From: the human T2T-CHM13v2.0 reference genome, Homo sapiens
Direction: 5' to 3' (one strand)
Assembly: GCF_009914755.1 (NCBI RefSeq)
Contig: NC_060930.1
DNA: 64,000 nucleotides
In this document: positions 35,474 through 46,812 of the stretch, piece by piece
Layout: the number at the start of each line of letters is the position of its first letter
Numbering within the stretch: position 1 is the first letter of the stretch
Notes under the pieces: generated by a model
Told to the model about the DNA's origin: nothing
What the model saw: the letters and a program-made list of their open reading frames with translations, nothing else
The model's database searches: none
Program-made: the position numbers and the translations under genes

Positions 35474-35921
35474 TGTGATGGTTAATACTGAGTGTGAACT
35501 AGATTGGATTGAAGGATGCAAAGTATTGATGCTGGATGTATCTGTGAGGGTGTTGCCAGGCAGAAAAATGCGAAAAGGCAAGACTGGCCTAGCCTCCAAG
35601 ACTACACCTTTCTCCCATGCTAGATGCTTCTTTCCCTCAAACATCAGACTCCATCAGACTCCAATTCTTCAGTTTTGAGATTTGGACTAGCTCTCCTTGC
35701 TGCTCAAACTTGCAGACAGTCTATTGTGGGACCTTGTGATCATGTAAGTTAATACTTAATAACTCATATATATATATATGATATATATCATATATATATC
35801 ATATATATCATATATATTATATATCTATATATATCATATATATATGATATATCATATATATATCATATATATATGATATATCATATGAGTTCTGGCTCTC
35901 TAGGGAACCCTGGCTAATACA
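35474..35921 (+). mobile_element. MLT2A1 5' LTR of HERV-L (internal deletion; TA expansion at 35766-35886)
   Basis: TGTGATGGTTAATACTGAGTG...CTCTAGGGAACCCTGGCTAATACA, directly followed by the HERV-L leader GATTTTGGTACCAGGAGTGG. Confidence 0.9.
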
Positions 35922-38900
35922 GATTTTGGTACCAGGAGTGGCTTGAGAGGAATAGAATATTAAGGATGGAGTTCTTTCATTGGTTTTGGGGTTTCTGGAG
36001 TTGGGTGCTTAATATGATTAGACCCAAAAATGCTAAGGACTCTACTTCTAATAGTATGGAGAACACTGATATTCCTTGGCATGAACTGTTTAGAGAGTTA
36101 TGCAAAACAAATGCAATTGACACTCCTGATTCACCGCTCACAAGAGGCAAGGAGTTTAGTGACTCTATACATAATACCATTGACCATATGTGGAGAACCA
36201 AGGAACATAATGAAGCTGGTTAATTGCTCCTAAGTTCAGTGAACAAAGTGATGAAAGAAAACAACCAACTCAGGGATCTTGTCTCCTGGCTTCAGAAGCA
36301 GATACTGAGTCTCAAATCTGCTAAGATTGCCCTGAGTGAGAGTCTTATCTCCTAGAGTGAAAGAGCTGAAATTGTGGAAAAACAGACACAAGGTCTTATC
36401 ATGTGAGTGGCTGACCTCCAATGAAAGTGCATGCATAGCCTCGTCAGGTGTCTACTGTTAAAGTGAGGGCATTGATTGGAAAAGAATGGGACCCTGTAAC
36501 TTGGAATGGGGAAGTGTGAGAGGACTCTGATGAAGCCAGGGACATGGATGAAGCTTTTTTCCAGATGGAACAGCTTCCCCATCACCAGTAGTGGCACCCC
36601 TGACATCCTTGTTTGCTTCTAGACCTATAACTAGACTAAAGTCCCGCTGGGCCCCTAGAGGTCAGGTACAGAGTGTGACCCATGAGGAGGCGCACTACAC
36701 TTAAAAAGAACTGCTTTAATTCTGTAACATATATAAACAGAAATCTGGAGTACAGGCATGGGAATGAATATTAAAGGTTGAGTTAATGGTGGAAGGAACA
36801 CAGAGTTGGATTAGGCTGAATATATTGATTTGGGCCCACTAAGTAGGGACTCTGTATTTAATGTTGCAGCTTGGGAGTTAAAAAAAGGTTCTAATAGTTT
36901 ATTTGCTTGGTTAGCTAAAATACGGATTAAAAGATGGCCCACTGTGAGTGAGCTGGAAATGCCTGATCTCCCTTGGTTTAATGTAGAGGAAGGGATGAGA
37001 AGGCTTAGGGAGATTGGGATGGTGAAGTGGATTAGTCACTTTAGACCTACTCATCCCAGCTGGGAGGGTCCAGAAGATATACCCTTGACCAATGCCTTGT
37101 AAAATAGATTTGTGAGGGCATCTTTGAAGAGCCCTGTAATTGCTCTACTCTGTATGTCAGATCTAACAGTGGGAACCACAGTCACTCAACTACAAAATTT
37201 AAATATGATGAGAATATTTGGATCCTGAGGCAGCAGGGGCCAAGTGGTGGAACTCAGCCATCAAAGGCAAGGTGGGCATAGCTATTGTAATGGACAGCAG
37301 ATACAAAGCAGCAATCATAATAGTCTGACTCATGTAGAGCTCTAGCATTGGCTAATTAATCATGGTGTTCCTAGAAGTAAAATTGATAGGAAGCCTACTG
37401 CATTCCTACTTAATTTATACAAGCAGAAAAACTTCTAGGTCAAATGGAAAAAAGGCTAATTTGTACTATGAAAACAGAGAATCACAGCCCCTCAATCAAT
37501 TTCTAGACTTGAGCCAATTTACAGACCCAGAACCCCTTAAATGAAAGGAGGCAGGGTCCTCTTGAGGAAGGACCCCACTACATAACCAATAATTTATGCA
37601 GTAAAACTTTTTCCCATCCTTTGCCAATGAGACCTCTGGCCTTTTACCAGGGAATCTGCGCATTGGAAAAAGGGAAATGATAATACATTTTGGGGACCAC
37701 TGGACATTGGCTCTGAGCTGATGTTGATTCCAGGGTACCCAAAACGTTATTGTGGTCCTACAGTTAAAGTAAGGGCTTATGGAGGTCAGGTAATTAATGG
37801 AGTTTTAGCTCAGGTCCAAGTTACAGTGGGTCAGTGGGTCCTTGGACTCATCCTGTGGTCATTTCCCCAGTGCCAGAATGCATAATTGGCGTAAACATAC
37901 TTAGCAGCTGGCAGAAAACCCACATTAGCACCCTGACCGGTAGGGTGAGGGCTATTAGGGTGGGAAAGGCCAAACGGAAGCCATAAGAGCTGCCTCTACC
38001 TAGAAAAATAGTAAATCAAAAACAATATTGTGTCCCTGGGGGAACTGCAGAGATTAGTGCCACCATCAAGGACTTGAAAGATGCAGGAGTGGTCTTCCCA
38101 CCACATCCCCATTCAACTCTCCTATTTGACCTGTGCAGAAGACAGATGGATCTTGGATAATGACAGTGGATTATCATAAGCTCAACCAAGTGGTGACTCC
38201 AATTGCAGCTGCTGTACCAGACGTGGTTTCCTTGCTTGAGCAAATTAATACATCTCCTGGTACCTGGTATGCAGCCATTGACTTGGCAAATGCCTTTTTC
38301 TCCATTCCTGTCCATAAGGCCCAGCAGAAGCCATTTGCCTTCTGCTGCCAAGGCCAGCAATATACCTTTACTGTCCTACCTCAGGGATATATCAACTCTC
38401 CAGGTTTGTGTCATAATCTTATTCTGAGAGACATTGATTGCTTTTCGCTTCCACGAGATATCACACTGGTCCATTACATTGATGACATTATGCTGATTGG
38501 ATCCAGTGAGCAAGAAGTAGCAAACACACTGAACTTATTGGTGAGACATTTGCATACCAGAGGATGGGAAATAAATCTGACTAAAATTCAGGGACCTTCG
38601 ACCTCAGTAAAATTTCTAGGGGTCTGTGGTATGGGGCCTGTTGAGATATTCCTTCTAAGATGAAGGATAAGTTGCTGCATTTGGCCCCTGCTACAACCAA
38701 GAAAGAGGCACAACATCTAGTGGGCCTATTTGGATTTTGGAGACAACACATTCCTCATTTGGGTGTGTTAATCCAGCCTATTTATCAAGTTACTTGAAAA
38801 GCTGCCAGTTTTGAGTGGGGTCCAGAACAGGAGAAGGCTCTACAACAGGTCCAGGCTGCCATGCAAGCTTCTCTGTCACTTGGGCCATATGACCCCGCAG

Positions 38901-39965
38901 ATCCAATGATGCTTGAGGTGTCAGTGGCAGATAGGGTTGCTGTTTGGTGCCTTTGGTAGGCCCCCATAGGTGAATCAGAGCAGAGGCCTCTAGGATTTTG
39001 GAGCAAGGACCTGCCATCTTCTGCAGATAACTACTCTCCTTTTGAGAGACAGCTCTTGGCCTGTTACTGGACTTTGGTGAAAACGGAAAGTTTGACTATG
39101 GGTCATCAGGTAACCATGTGACCTGAACTGCATATTATGAACTGGGTCCTTTCTGACCCATCTAGTTATAAAGTGGGTCTTGCACAGCAGCATCCCATCA
39201 TCAAATGGAAGTGGTATATATATGCGACCAGGCTTGAACAGGTCCTGAAGGCACAAATAAGTTACATGAGGAAGTGGCTCAAATGCCCATGGTCTCCACT
39301 CCTACCACCCTGCCTTCTCTCTCTCAGCCTGCACCGATGGCCTTATGGGGAATTCCCTATGATTAGATGACAGAGGAAGAGAAAAATAGGGCCTGATTCA
39401 CAGATGGTTCTGCAAGATATGCAGGTACCACCCGAAAGTGGAGAGCTGAGGCACTACAGCCCCTTTCTAGGACATCCCTGAAGGACAGCAGTGAAGGGAA
39501 ATCTTCCCAGTGGGCAGAACTTTGAGCAGTGCACCTGGTTGTGTACTTTGCATGTAAGGAGAAATGGTCAGATGTGTGATTATATACTGTTTCATGGGCC
39601 GTAGCCAGTGGTTTGGCTGGATGGCCAAAGACTTGGAAGAAGCACGATTAGAAAATTGGTGACAAAGAAATTTGGGGAAAAGGTATATAAATGGACCTCT
39701 CTGAGTGGTCCAAAACCACTCAGATATTTGTATCCCATGTAATTTCTCACCAATGGGGACCTCAGCAGAGGAAAATTTTACTAATTAAGTGTATAGGATG
39801 ACCTGTTCTGTGGACACCACTCAGCCTATTTCCCCAGCCACCCTGTCATCACCCAATGGGGCCATGAACAAAGTGGCCATGGTGGCAGGGATGGAAGTTG
39901 TGCATGGACTCAGCAACATGGACTTCAGTTCACCAAGGCTGACCTCGTGTGGCCACTGCTGAGTA
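35922..39965 (+). mobile_element. HERV-L internal region (gag-pro-pol), truncated in the integrase N-terminus
   Basis: Decayed gag (LNMIRPKNAKDSTSNSMENTD, RWPTVSELEMPDLPWFNVEEG), protease-like LDIGSEL at ~37700, RT, RNase H (stop)FTDGSA at ~39395, integrase WAHEQSGHGGRDG at ~39857. Many stops and frameshifts. Confidence 0.93.
38133..38663 (+). pseudogene. pol: HERV-L reverse transcriptase core remnant (longest open stretch of pol)
   Basis: ORF contains [34 protein letters not shown] and [11 protein letters not shown] (YxDD); frame is broken on both sides. Confidence 0.92.
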
Positions 39966-39969
39966 CCCA

Positions 39970-40120
39970 TGCTTGCTGGTTGTGCTCTCTGAACCTCTCC
40001 TGGTGTGCCCCATTCACAATTATTGTGCCCCATTGACAATTATTGTGCCCCATTCACAAATTATTCTTTGCTCAAATAAACTCTGTCAAATTTAATTTGT
40101 CTAAAATGTTTCTTTTAAGA
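39970..40120 (+). mobile_element. MER57-type ERV1 LTR, 3' piece
   Basis: GCTCTCTGAACCT...TTCTTTGCTCAAATAAACTCTGTCAAATTTAATTTGTCTAAAATGTTTCTTTTAAGA matches the MER57 3' end, including the AATAAA signal. Confidence 0.75.
40004..40064. repeat. 3 x 20-bp tandem repeat TGTGCCCCATT(C/G)ACAATTAT
   Basis: Units start at 40004, 40024 and 40044. Confidence 0.93.
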
Positions 40121-40669
40121 GGAGACACATATCCAAATAACTAATTAAAATAATATGAAAGATGTCAAAATAAAAGTATAAATAAAGGTCTGTGGAACAC
40201 AAACAGAAAGCCTTAAGTAGCCTGAGGTCAAGGAAGGTGTTACAAAGATACTTAATAAATATTTGCAGTAAGTACATGAAATTTGTCAAAATATTTAACT
40301 TCTTTAGTTTGCAGAGAAATCTACCACTCATTTTAGGTAAAATGTAAAAGAAATCAAATGAAGAAGAATATTATACTTGGCAGCTATAAATCAATACAAT
40401 TACCTGCTAGATATACATTTGGTTTCTTGCTTATTGGTTTACGGTTTGAACTGAATCACTTCTACATTTCTTAAACCATGTAAATATTAAAAATATGAGA
40501 AGATATACAAGGTTTTATTCATATGGGTATTCTGTTTATGTATACCTTCAATCTGTGTGCATATGTATATGTACATCTACATATATCTGCCAATTTATCT
40601 ATAACATATTTCAGAGTGCATTGATGTGAATATACTGAGATCAAGTGGTCTTTCTGTAAAACAGATTCT

Positions 40670-42900
40670 GTTTCTGGTAGTGATGGGCCAGGTGATTGAG
40701 GCCAACCCTCCTACTGAGGACAACTCAAAGAGCTGGGTGAAATTATTTAAAAAATCAGCTTAAGAGCCTTGAAGAGATTGAGGAATCTCCAGGCCAAAAT
40801 CGTAGAAAAGAGGAGATCACCCAAAATTTTTTGTACTTTAAAGGCATTTGCCAATCAGTAAGAAAAAACTGTGAAGTTGAAATACAATTCTATTGGCCTC
40901 AGTGAATGGAAAGCTCAAGCTTTATGAAAGTTATGAAATTGATTTATAAAGGAAATAAGTTTATAATATAACCTTTACAACATAAACTTATGAAATACAA
41001 TAATTTTAATTATACAAGAAATTAAGCTCAGGCCTTAAACTGCATCCCCAAAGGGATAAACCTTTAAAGTAAAGAAATACCTGAAGTAAATCACCTATGA
41101 ATTTACTGCTCACCTTGGTTTTGCATCACTTGGAGAATGAAGGAAATCCGAAGCCTTCAATATGGATCAAAGTGAGACAGGTCGTATTTCCTATCCCCTA
41201 AAAGAAACAAAAAAATTGTCTTCCTTGAAGGAGTAGTGAATTTTTTAACCTTATTTTACTTCTACTATATATTTTAAAATAAAATAAATGAACATCTAAC
41301 AAGCAAAAGTAACCAGGCTTTTATGGAAACAAGAAACCATGAGGTTAAGATGTGGAAAATATAACAATGTAAACAAATTGTTTCAAAAAATTACATCTTG
41401 AATGTATCAAACAGGGCATACAAAACAATTGTCATTCCCATAGTTGACAAAATAAAATAAAATCTTGAAAAAAAATTTTAAGGAACACAGAGTGCAGATT
41501 TCAAAAGGAACCAAATAGAAATTTTAGTATTGAAAAGTAAAATAGCAGCAGTTATAAACTCAATGGATCAATGTCACCCAAGATTAGAAATAGCTAAGGA
41601 GAGAAATAAGGAGCTAAATAATAGGTCAGTGAGAATTATCCTTTGGCCTCTGAAGCTCACAGAGGATGAAAAGTACAGAAGTACAGTTAAGAGAAACAGA
41701 ACACTCAGTGAGAAATTCTAATTTCAATGACGACAAGTTGCTGATCTCTCCTTGATGGAGGGAAGAGTCATATACAATCAACCTGCCATATAAGTTAAAT
41801 TAATCAAATCATCTAAATTAATTAAGTCAATTAAATCAATTAAACATACATAGTTGATTTAAATGAAGAAAGAGAGAAAATGGAGCAGTAAAATATTAGC
41901 AGCATTTCAAGAATTAAGTCTGTGGATGTTACAGATTTTTAAAAGATATCAATTGATACACTAAAAATGCCTAAGATTTCTAAGAAGGAATACAACTAGA
42001 AGCTGTATTAGAAAAAATACAACTAGAAGCTGTATTAGAAAAAATACAACTAGAAGCTGTATTAGAAAAAATACAACTAGAAGCTGTATTAGAAAAAATA
42101 CAACTAGAAGCTGTATTAGAAAAAATACAACTAGAAGCTGTATTAGAAAAAATACAACTAGAAGCTGTATTAGAAAAAATACAACTAGAAGCTGTATTAG
42201 AAAAAATACAACTAGAAGCTGTATTAGAAAAAATACAACTAGAAGTATCACAGTCAAACTACAAAAAAAAAAGTAGAGAGAAATATCTTGAAAGCATCTC
42301 GAGAGAAACAAATAAAGATTTTTACAAAGGCTGGTTGACTTTTCTATATCAACAATGGAAACTAGAAGACAAAGCATAGTATCAATATGATGAAAAAAAT
42401 TATCTTTTATGCAGAATTCTATACCCATCAAGACATACTAAGGAAGATGGCTAAATGAAGATTGTTTTTTAGTCCAAAAAATACCCAAACCTAAAAACAT
42501 TGTTATGCAGAAGGAAAAATATCTTATTTATTCATTTTTTAGGCTTACTACTTATTTTACTAATATTTTAAGAAAAAACAAAAATGGGTACTCAAAATAA
42601 GAGTAAATCCAAATCAACTTAGAATGTATACAATAATATTAATAAATAATATTTTCTAAAGTCTTAAAATAGATGGAATTAAAGTATATGGCACCAATAT
42701 GATATAAGTTGGAAGGGCAGTAAAATAAGTTTTATTCACATTTATGTAAGTTCCTCGGACTGTTGGAGATGAGGCTAAAATATGGGTTAACATCATATTT
42801 TTATAAGCTAATGATGTTTGATGCAATTTCTAGGATAACTACTAAAGGGATAGAAACGGAATGTATACTGTCCAAACAAATATAAGTTAAAACTGGGACA
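40670..42900 (+). mobile_element. Old L1M 5'/ORF1 remnant
   Basis: A-rich sense strand; GAACCAAATAGAAATTTTAG, AACTCAATGGAT, GACTTTTCTATATCAACAATGGAAACTAGAAGACA and AGAATTCTATACCCA motifs. Confidence 0.6.
41989..42245. repeat. 27-bp minisatellite, 9.5 identical copies (AATACAACTAGAAGCTGTATTAGAAAA)
   Basis: Units start every 27 bp from 41989 to 42205, with a partial unit at 42232-42245; no mismatches seen. Confidence 0.97.
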
Positions 42901-42903
42901 ATA

Positions 42904-42932
42904 ACACACACACAAACACACACACACACACA
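42904..42932. repeat. (CA)n microsatellite
   Basis: CA run with one AA interruption. Confidence 0.9.
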
Positions 42933-43379
42933 GTTGGAAAGTTCTTTCCAATTGGTCCTTTTCCGTTTATTTGGTTATTTATATTTCTATTATTAGACCT
43001 CCAATGAGTATTTCAATATATACATTTATTTTTTTAAAAAAGGTCAATGCATTTTATTGAAAACAATGAAAAAGATTTTTACATTTACTATATTTTATTA
43101 TATTTGATTATACTTTCATTGCAACTTATATCTCTAGTTATTTCTTTATTTTATTATAAAACTGATATCTATATCACCTTGCATATGTAAGGAAAGGGTG
43201 AGGTTAAAGTACCCCCATAAAGAATCATTTAGTATTTCTTTTTATCACTCTTATGTTTCCATTACTCTTATTCTTATGTCACCCTATGTGGAGTTAAGCA
43301 TAGTTGAGTTACCAATTAGATACTTATTAGCCAAAGAAGTTAATATTAAGTTAGAAACTCTCTGCTGTCTTTCTTTATT

Positions 43380-43770
43380 TATTTATTCAGTCAGGCATTT
43401 ATCCATTTGCAAATTAATTCATTTATTCAAAGCTGTTTAAGTGCCATCACCATTGTAGGTATTAGGTGTTAAGATATAATAAAAATAAAACAAGAAATTT
43501 AAAAGTCTGACTTTGTGGCTGTTGCATTCTATTAAGAGACTCAGACAAAATGCATTGCAGATGAACAAATAAAGCATTGAGTGTGTTAGCTGGTGACAAG
43601 AAAAATAATAAAGCAATGAAGGTAGGTGTCAGTGTCAGGGATAGAGTAATTTAGATAAGGGGAAAGGCAAGTCTTCACTGGGCATTAGACAAATATGTCA
43701 AGATCTGAAGAAGGTGAGAGAGTGCACCATGATATTATCTAAACAAAGATTGTTCCTGGAAGAGGAAAAG
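43380..43770. mobile_element. L2 3'-end fragment
   Basis: TTATTCA/TTCATTTATTCA end motif, GTTGCATTCTA and AGATCTGAAGAAGGTGAG are typical of L2. Confidence 0.5.
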
Positions 43771-44963
43771 GTGTTTTTACCCAGTGATGTTTGCTGTGTA
43801 AGGGTCTGTTATCACATCAGATCCCAGAAAACTAGAAATGACTCATCCATTGAATTAAGTTAAGCATTTGACATAACATGATTTCATTATGTAGAATGAT
43901 TTTAAATGCATTTGAGTCATATTTCATTATTAGAATTAAACTTATGTTTGTGTTCTATTATATCAGTGATATTGTAGTAATATAGTAAAAAGAAAAGTTT
44001 TGGAATACTATTCCAGTCAACATAATTCTGAGGAAGTTGTTTGAAAATGGCAGGTTACATTTCCTCACAACAGTGTCACTACTGCTACACAAATAAAAAA
44101 AATCAATTTTTAAAAAGTGCTGTAATCTGCTACTTCACACTAATGCCATATGGTCATCATTTTATAATTAATTGATAAATTAGCATCCATGTATACAAGT
44201 ATATTGGTATTCTAACATAATATTTATTTTTGCAGAAGTCATTATACTTTCCAAATGATTTTACATATTTGAGTTTTATAATACTCCTGCAAGTAAAGTG
44301 GCATCTGTTTTTAATAGATCTCCAGTGGAAATTTCAAAAGATTTAGATTGCCCAGTTTGAATGTAAAGAGAAAGTATCAAATCAGAGCTAGATACTCATG
44401 CTCTCACACATTATATGTAGTGTTCATTCTAATAGTCCTTGTTATGCACATATTTTAAAAGAAATTTCTCAAATACAACATATCTGAATATGAAAAAATG
44501 CATTATTTTTATTTGTGAAGATTATAAGGTTTTTAATTTCTGTCCTCATTAGAAATTATCCTAGTTACTAGAAATAGAAAAAAATATACATTTTTCTTTT
44601 TATGACAAGTGGGATGATTTAATAGATTACATAAAATGTGAAAAATGTGACATAAAAATGTGCACAAGCTGTTAGAATGAGTATTTACTACTTAAATTTA
44701 GAGTTTTATGAGACAAACATTTTTAGATGCATGATATAGAACTTGTTAAACCCCATCAAATTTCAATGCAAAAGGAGGGCATTCACACATCTATGTTTAA
44801 GTGTTACATTTTTTATTTTAAAGTTGCTTTGGGAAATGAATATTTGTGGGGGGTTTTTCCCATTAATGAAAGATAAGCAATTTTGTGTTCATCTTGCCTC
44901 ATTGATGTATACTTTCAGATCTTAAGGCTTTAGTGATTTTTCCAGAGCCTTAGGACAGGACGT

Positions 44964-45293
44964 GTATCTCAGTTAATTTTTGTTTCCATAAGAGAATACC
45001 TGAGACTGAGTAATTTATAATGAACAGAAATTTATTGTTTCAGAATTCTGGAGGGTAGGAAGTCCAAGTTTGAGGTTCAGCATCTGGAGAGGATCTTCTT
45101 GCAGTGTCAACCCATGGCAGAAACAGAAAGGCAAGAAAAGGCTGAACTTGCTATTTTACAATGTCACCAGTCTCACCCATGAGGATAGAGCCGTCACGGC
45201 CTAATCACTTCTTAGGGTGCTCACTTAATACTGTGACAATGGGAATTAAATTTCAGCATAAGTTTTGAAGTGATCTAACATTCAAATGACAAC
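44964..45293 (-). mobile_element. MSTD/MLT1A-type LTR
   Basis: GAATACCTGAGACTGAGTAATTTATAATGAACAGAAATTTATT...TTCTGGAGG..GGAAGTCCAAG...GGCCTAATCAC. Confidence 0.8.
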
Positions 45294-45350
45294 AACCTAC
45301 TAACCTCAATACTTCATCAAAAGGTGAATGGGGGAAACTGTGTTAGAGAA

Positions 45351-45900
45351 TGTGAAGGTTAATACTGAGTGTCAACTTGACTGGATTGAAGGATGCAAGG
45401 TATTGTTCCTGGATGTGGCTGTTAGGGTGTTGCCAAAGGAGATTAACATTTGAGTCAGTGGACTGGGGGAAGACAACCCACACTTAATCTGAGTGGGCAG
45501 AATCTAATCAGCTGCCGGTGCAGCTAGGATAAAAGCAGGCGGAAGAACGTGGAAAGACTGGACTGGCCAAGTCTTCTGGCCTCCATCTTTCTCCTGTGCT
45601 GGCAGCTTCCTGACCTCGAAGATTAGACTCCAAGTTCTTCACCTTTTGAACTTTTGGACCTAGATCAGTAGTTTGCCAGGGGCTCTTGGGCCTTTGGCCA
45701 CAGACTGAAGGCTGCACTGTCGGCTTCCCTACTTTTGAGGTTTTGGAGCTCAGACTGGCTTCTTTGCGCCTTAACTTGCAGGCAGCCGAATGTGGGACTT
45801 CACCTTGTGATCCTGTGGGTCAGTACTCCTTAATAAACTCCCTTTCATATAAATGTCTATCCTATTAGTCCTGTCCCTCTAGAGAACCATGACTAATACA
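45351..45900 (+). mobile_element. MLT2A2 solo LTR (HERV-L)
   Basis: 550 bp, TGTGAAGGTTAATACTGAGTGTCAACTTG ... CCCTCTAGAGAACCATGACTAATACA, including the GGCCACAGACTGAAGGCTGCACTGTCGGC block. Confidence 0.92.
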
Positions 45901-45997
45901 AAGGAATAAATGTAACATCTTCTGCATTCAAATTTTAGTACAATAATTGATAAACCAACTTAAATTTTTCCAAAGGTTTATCAGTGAAAATACACAG

Positions 45998-46812
45998 TGT
46001 TTTAGTTCCCTTTGGCTTCTGTAATAGATACTACAAACTTGGTGGTTTAAAACAACAAAAATTTATTCTCTCAAATTTTAGTTTTGATTTCAGCTTTTAT
46101 TTTAGGTTCAGGCAAGGTTGTGTAGAAAAGAGAATATTTACACACTTTTGGTGGAAATGTAAATTAATTCAGCCACTGTGGAAAGCAGTTTGGAGATTTC
46201 TCAAGGAACTGAAAACAGAACTATCATTTGAACCAATAATCTCATTACTGTGTAGCCACCCAAAGGAAAATAATTTGCTCTACCAAAAAGACACAGGCAC
46301 TCATATGATCATTACAGCACTATTCACAATAGCAAGGACACAGAACCAAACTCTCACAGTTATGGAAGCCACAAATTCAAAATCATTCTCACTGAGCCAA
46401 AATCAAGCTGTTGCCTGGTCTGTGCTTCCTCTGGAGCTTTAGGGGAAAATCCTTTCCTTGTCTCTTCAGGCTGTGGGCATTGTTTGACTTGTGGCTACAT
46501 CACTCCAGTTTTTGCCTCCCATTATTTTGGTTATATTGCCTTCCCTTCTGTGTGTGTCTAAATTTGCTTCTGCTTCTATGTTATAAAAATGGCGGGGCTG
46601 GATTTAGAGCTGATAATACAGGATAATCTTCCATGGCAAGATTCTTAATTTAATCACACCTACAAAAAACCTTTTTCTTTATAAGGTAATATTTACAAAT
46701 TCCAGGTGTTGGGGAACTCCAGGTCCTAAAATTTGTCCTAGAACCCCAACACCTAGAATTTGTAAATATTACCTTATAAATATGTTTGAGTGGCCAGTAT
46801 TCAGCCTATTAC
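45998..46812 (-). mobile_element. MLT1 (C-like) LTR, interrupted by an L1 piece and a fold-back palindrome
   Basis: ACAAACTTGGTGGTTTAAAACAACAAAAATTTATTCTCTCA, CAGGATAATCT, AATCACA and TATTCAGCCTATTACA. Confidence 0.8.
46075..46350. mobile_element. L1PA13-16-like fragment with 5' inversion
   Basis: Antisense L1 3' terminus (TTTCAGCTTTTATTTTAGGTTCAGG, to 46112) joined to a sense ORF2 C-terminal piece (QPLWKAVWRFLKELKTEL); flanked by CTCTCA at 46068 and 46351. Confidence 0.75.

Noticed and set aside
38133-38663. Domesticated or intact reverse transcriptase gene
   Set aside because: Only 176 codons with a GTG start, frameshifts on both sides and many stops elsewhere in pol; consistent with neutral decay.
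41989-42245. CRISPR-like palindromic array
   Set aside because: Head-to-tail identical units, no unique spacers, no cas genes, eukaryotic context.
41961-42431. 156-aa hydrophobic ORF with (LLVVFFLIQ)n
   Set aside because: Open only because the 27-bp VNTR unit is stop-free in that frame; the remainder is antisense L1.
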